Below are positions 59,180 to 64,000 of a stretch of 64,000 nt of DNA, piece after piece. Positions within the stretch are counted from its first letter, which is position 1, and each line of letters opens with the position of its first letter. The translations under genes were made by a program, and so were the position numbers. Below the pieces are notes generated by a model. That model worked only from the letters and a program-made list of their open reading frames with translations, did not search any database and was not told where the DNA came from. Origin of the DNA: the human T2T-CHM13v2.0 reference genome, Homo sapiens; NCBI RefSeq assembly GCF_009914755.1, contig NC_060937.1. The stretch is one strand, 5' to 3'.

Positions 59180-59790
59180 ATATTAAATGTGTAATTCATG
59201 TAATACACATAAAGATTGTGTAACTACTACTCAAGTAGACTCCCTCATACCATGCTCCAGTCAGGATCATACCCAATTGTAAACACTATCGTGATTAACC
59301 CATTCTACTGTTATTGGACATTTGAGTCTTGCCAAGTTTATGGTTGCAATGAATAAAATTTCCATGTTCACTTTTTCATATCGGTTTTGGTGTATTTATG
59401 TTGGGCATACAGAATATAGGAATGGAGTTGCTGATTCCAGGCATATGAAAGGATAATATTTTTTTTTTCTTCAAGTGGGTTCTACCAAAACATTTTCTTT
59501 TAAATGGTTTTACATTTTTTGTAATCACTACCAATATAGTTACTGTTATTCCACGTCCTCAGAAACTCTTGGTATTTTCAGCCATTTATTTAGATATTCT
59601 GATATGTAATGATAGTTCATTGTAATATTAATTTGCATATCTGTGATCAATAATGATAATAAAACATTTCCACAAGTTTATGAAACTTTTTGATACCTTT
59701 CTGTGAAGCACACATTCAATTCAACCTATTTTTCTATATATATACATATGTATGTGTATGTATATTATATATATTATATATTATACAAAC

Positions 59791-59827
<37 letters not shown>

Positions 59828-60850
59828 AAATTTCTCTTCCCAGACAGTTGTCTTTGCATCACTTCCCTTAATTATCAGGTTTGTTGAAAACCAGATTTTT
59901 TTTTTCTTAATGAAGCACCATTTATCAATGTTTGTAATAGATATTGCATACTGCATGTTATTTAAGAAATTTATTCAGAGATTGAGCTAATGAAGACTTT
60001 TATGTGTTTTCTTCTAGCAATTTGATAAATATATGTATAATATTTAGGTCTATCTGCCATCTAACATTAGTTTGTGTTTGTTTGGAAAGAGAAGTGAATT
60101 AATATAACCATTTTCCCCCATGGATTGTAAAAACCATCCTTTCCCCAGAGAATTTGTAATGAGGACTTTTAAAAATCAATTAAAGATTAATGTGCAGGTC
60201 TCTAACTGGACTCTGTATTCTGTGGCATTGGACCATTTGTCTGTCCTTGAAACAATGTCACATTGTTTGGGTTACTATGTATTTATAGTAAGTCATGGTA
60301 TGTGGTAATACCTGCTCTGCTTTGCTCTGCTTCAAAATTGCTTTAGTGATTCTAGGACATTTGACTTTCAATCTACATGTTAGGATCATACTCTCAATTT
60401 CCATAAGAGAAAAATCATGCTGAAATTTTTTTGAGGATTGCATAGAAGCTTTAGGGAAACTTGAGAAGAATAGGCATTTTACTAGTAAGAGTAGAACAAT
60501 CCATTAACTTGGAATAACTCCATTTTATTTAGATATAATTTAAGAAATGCTTTTCATAGTTTTCAGTGTGAAGATATTGCAAAGTTTTCATATATTTACT
60601 AGATTCATTCATAGAAATGTAATGTTTTGGCTATCGTAACAAACGGAGTTCTCTATTTAAATTTCATTCCCATTTTTATTGCTAGTATAAAAAATGTAAC
60701 TGACAATTATTTATCTACCATGTATCCAGCTAAATTCCATTATTATTAAATAATTCCTATGGGTGGTTTGTAGGGTTTTTTGTTTGTTTTTGTTTTTTGT
60801 TTTTCGTAGGAGAGGAGTGACTTTCTGTATCATGATGTGCGTCAAAAACT
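59180..60850 (-). mobile_element. L1ME-type fragments (3'UTR/ORF2)
   Basis: cattctactgttattggacatttgag; aggaatggagttgctg; ORF-track peptide PRITKAILKQSKAE. Confidence 0.65.
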
Positions 60851-60957
60851 TATTTTTCCAATATTCTCAGCTATTATCATGTCTTCTTAAGTAGATATAG
60901 TTTATTTTAGCTTTTCACTAAAACAGTACTGCCTTATATATGAAACAATCCATAATA

Positions 60958-61299
60958 TAGTCAACCCTGCGTATCCCTGGGTTTTGCAACCATGGATTCA
61001 ACCAAACATGGATCAAAAACATTTGGAAAAAAATGCATAGCTACCTCTGTACTGAATATGTACAGACTTTTTCCATTTTATTCTTACCTAGACAATACAG
61101 TATAACAACTATTTACATAGCATTTACATTTTATTAGGTATTATAAGTAATTTAGAGATGATTTAAAGTATACAAGAGAGTGTTAGTAGGTTATAATCAA
61201 ATACTACATCATTTTATAAAAGGGACTTAAGTATCCGTGGATTTTGGTACCCACAGGAGGTCCTGGAACCAATCTCCTGTGAGTACTGAGCAGCAACTT
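60958..61299 (+). mobile_element. MER2 (TcMar-Tigger) MITE
   Basis: tagtcaaccctgcgtatccctggg...acagtataacaactatttacatagcatttacatt...ggtcctggaaccaatc. Confidence 0.85.
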
Positions 61300-63419
61300 T
61301 ATTTTACTGTGATTTTCAATCAATACAGAACTTCAATCTTTCAATGCTTCATTTGATGAAGATGCAGATATGTGTAATCGCTTGTCTCTTTTGTATAGAG
61401 ATGTGAGTTAGGCTTAGCACAGTTATTGTTACCTTTAAGATTTCAAACATTCTTAAGTCTCATAAAGTTCTGGTTATTGTGGAACTTTCCAAGATCTTGA
61501 TCTCAGAAGCTTCTGGGCTCTCTAATTTCTTATTGTAAATATAAATGTCCTCTATGTCTACCACCATATCTAGCACTCACTGTGGCAGCGATGTTTTATC
61601 TTCTCTTTAACTTTTCATCCATGTTCCTTTTGTTGTGCCTGTATGTTGACACTTTGTCTATGCTCAGAATACAGAATTTTTTAATATTTCTTTGTATCAA
61701 ACTTTCTTTTTTTTTTCTCTTGGAGGTCTAACCCTTACGAGAGCATAAAGTATAGTATCTAATGTTTCAGGCATTATGTGTTAGGCATTTGTATCTTGTT
61801 GGCAATTATATATTTAGGTTTTATATTATATACAAAATAACTTTACATTCTTTAAGCAACAAATATCAAACCCTTGATAAATAAAATACCATAAGCATTA
61901 ACTTGTATACAGTGTCTTTATGCCTTTTTTTTTTTTTTTTTGTCAAGAGGACCAGTGTCAGTACCGTACTGTATAAACCATCTGTCCATCTGAAGGTCAT
62001 GTTTAGCTCCTCAATGCCCTGAGTAATTTTGGGAGATCAAATGCACACTTACAAATTATGTTTTAACTAACCAATGTGGTTTTATAGATAATAATTAAGC
62101 ACTTATATTTAATGACTTTGATGGACAATAAATTTAGAATAGTGTATAAAAACTTAGGGTGAAATAATTTTTTATCATAGAAATTTTTGATAAAATTTTC
62201 AAATTTATTTATATGTTGATAGATCTATTTTATGATTATGAAAATATGTGAGCATATCTGTATCAATCTGTATGTAATATACATGTGAAAACATGTACAA
62301 ACACACACACACACCCTTATTGGCACACATATTTTACTTATATGATAAATGTTAAGATAAATGATAGAGTTAAGAAGTTAATAAGACATTTTACTTTCAT
62401 AAATACATGAGACTGAAGACATAGGATTTTTTTAAAGTCAGAAACAATTGCAACAAAAAAAATAATGTTGTCTGGGACATGATATTAAAAAAAAGTGATT
62501 GTAACCAGGAGCAGCAATTACCTCAGAATTATCTATGTCAAAGGACAGACAAATTATTCCCTATGTGCCAATTTCTAGGATTCTTCTTTTTTTAAATTCT
62601 AAATAATAATGCATCATCATACATCATTTATCTCGGGACAAAGATAAAGTGAGAAAATAATATAGTAAAACATGGTACATTTTTATAAATTTATAAACTT
62701 AAAAAATTTAGTAACAGTATGTAGATCTGAGTAAATTTTCACTTCACTCCTTAACAATGGATTCAATGCTTAATATTATTACAGAAATTTGATTATAAAG
62801 TAAAATGTAAAGTTTATTTCTTTTCCCCAAGTTAAATTGTGTGCTCTTCATATCACTAGAAAAACATTGTCTCAATAAAAAAATCAGCCTTTCTCATCAA
62901 TTATTTCAAAACATTGCTCATTTATATTCTAAGGCACCAACAATAATTAGTGAATCAAAGAAATCCAACGTAAGCTTCTTAAGATTAACAACCATTCCAT
63001 ATGGATTTTTTATCTTCAGGTTCATAAGTTTCTCTCATTTGAATTAATGACTGTATGTTGCCAAAATAAACAAATCTTTCTTGAGCTAATTTATTAGTAC
63101 ATCTCCCAAGATTATTTATGTTGATCTTTTTTCACATATTTCTATTTCCTTTTAATGACATTAGGCTGACAGTGTATAACCAATTATATGTATATAAATG
63201 AATATATAATGTATCATATATTATATATGCATATAGTGTGTGTGTATATTATATATAACTACTGATATAGAACAGATAAATTAGCAGCAAATATTTTGTT
63301 AAAAGCGTATTTTAATAATATGCCAGTAGGAATAAGAGTAACAGCAGCTGTAATAAATATAACAAAATGAATAGCATATTTGTAAAATATATAGGTGTAA
63401 AGTATGTAAATGAGAAGAA

Positions 63420-63618
63420 TGGGTTAAGTGCTTATAAGAATTATCTCATTTCATGTTAACTATAAGCATATATTGCTCATATTAATATTCTTCTTGTAGA
63501 TAAAGAAACTTGGGGTCTAAAAAGTTATGTAATAACCCTTGGCCATAAAGGTAATACATATCAGAGCTAGTATTTGAGGTCATGTATACCAGAATTTCCA
63601 CTCTTAATCATTAATACA
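63420..63618 (-). mobile_element. MIR
   Basis: MIR core ttgtagataaagaaacttggggtctaaaaagttatgtaataaccc...actcttaatcat. Confidence 0.6.
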
Positions 63619-64000
63619 TAATAGTGTAGGTCTACAGATATAGATTTTATTCTGATGATAATTCTTTTTCAGATATTTCACAACAGATAGAAAGAAACCA
63701 ATGTCCTATTGAAAAGAATTGCCCTCAATTCTGAGTTTGATGAATCATTTTCATCCAAATGAATTTGCAATGAGTCAGAAAGTACTTCTAGGAAACAAAT
63801 GAACAAAAAAAAATCACAATTGTAGAAGCTTGGTTAATGAAGCAATTATGGTGAAAATATTTCAAATGAATCACTGTGAATTGACAACCTAGTAATTTAC
63901 AGATATTTCTGGGTATTTAATCATTGAAAACCATACATGGCCACATATGAACACCTGGGATTCAATGAAACTATTTGAACATGGTGATGTTGCAGGCTGG

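Overview
AT-rich hominoid (most likely human) genomic DNA, intergenic or deep-intronic. The lineage call rests on an SVA, AluY and a young L1PA. No cellular protein-coding gene, RNA gene or CRISPR array is supported, and the long ORFs in the track derive from L1, SVA, Alu, MaLR or low-complexity sequence. The window is a layered record of transposon insertions: L2/MIR, L1M/L1PB/L1PA, MLT2D, a two-LTR MER4-group ERV1 provirus, MSTA and THE1 MaLRs, Tigger3b/MER2/MER1B DNA transposons, several Alus and one SVA. I found no new biological system. The best observations are mechanistic signatures read from the junctions: an ancient L1MB with a 5' inversion and a ~370 bp 3' transduction inside one TSD pair; a twin-primed L1PA with almost no sense portion; a TSD-less internal L1PA ORF2 fragment; a TSD-less AluY bridging a deletion in an old L1; an AluS/AluY chimera; and a 22/23-bp hairpin in the ERV leader. 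Subfamily names come from remembered consensus sequences and need RepeatMasker/Dfam confirmation.
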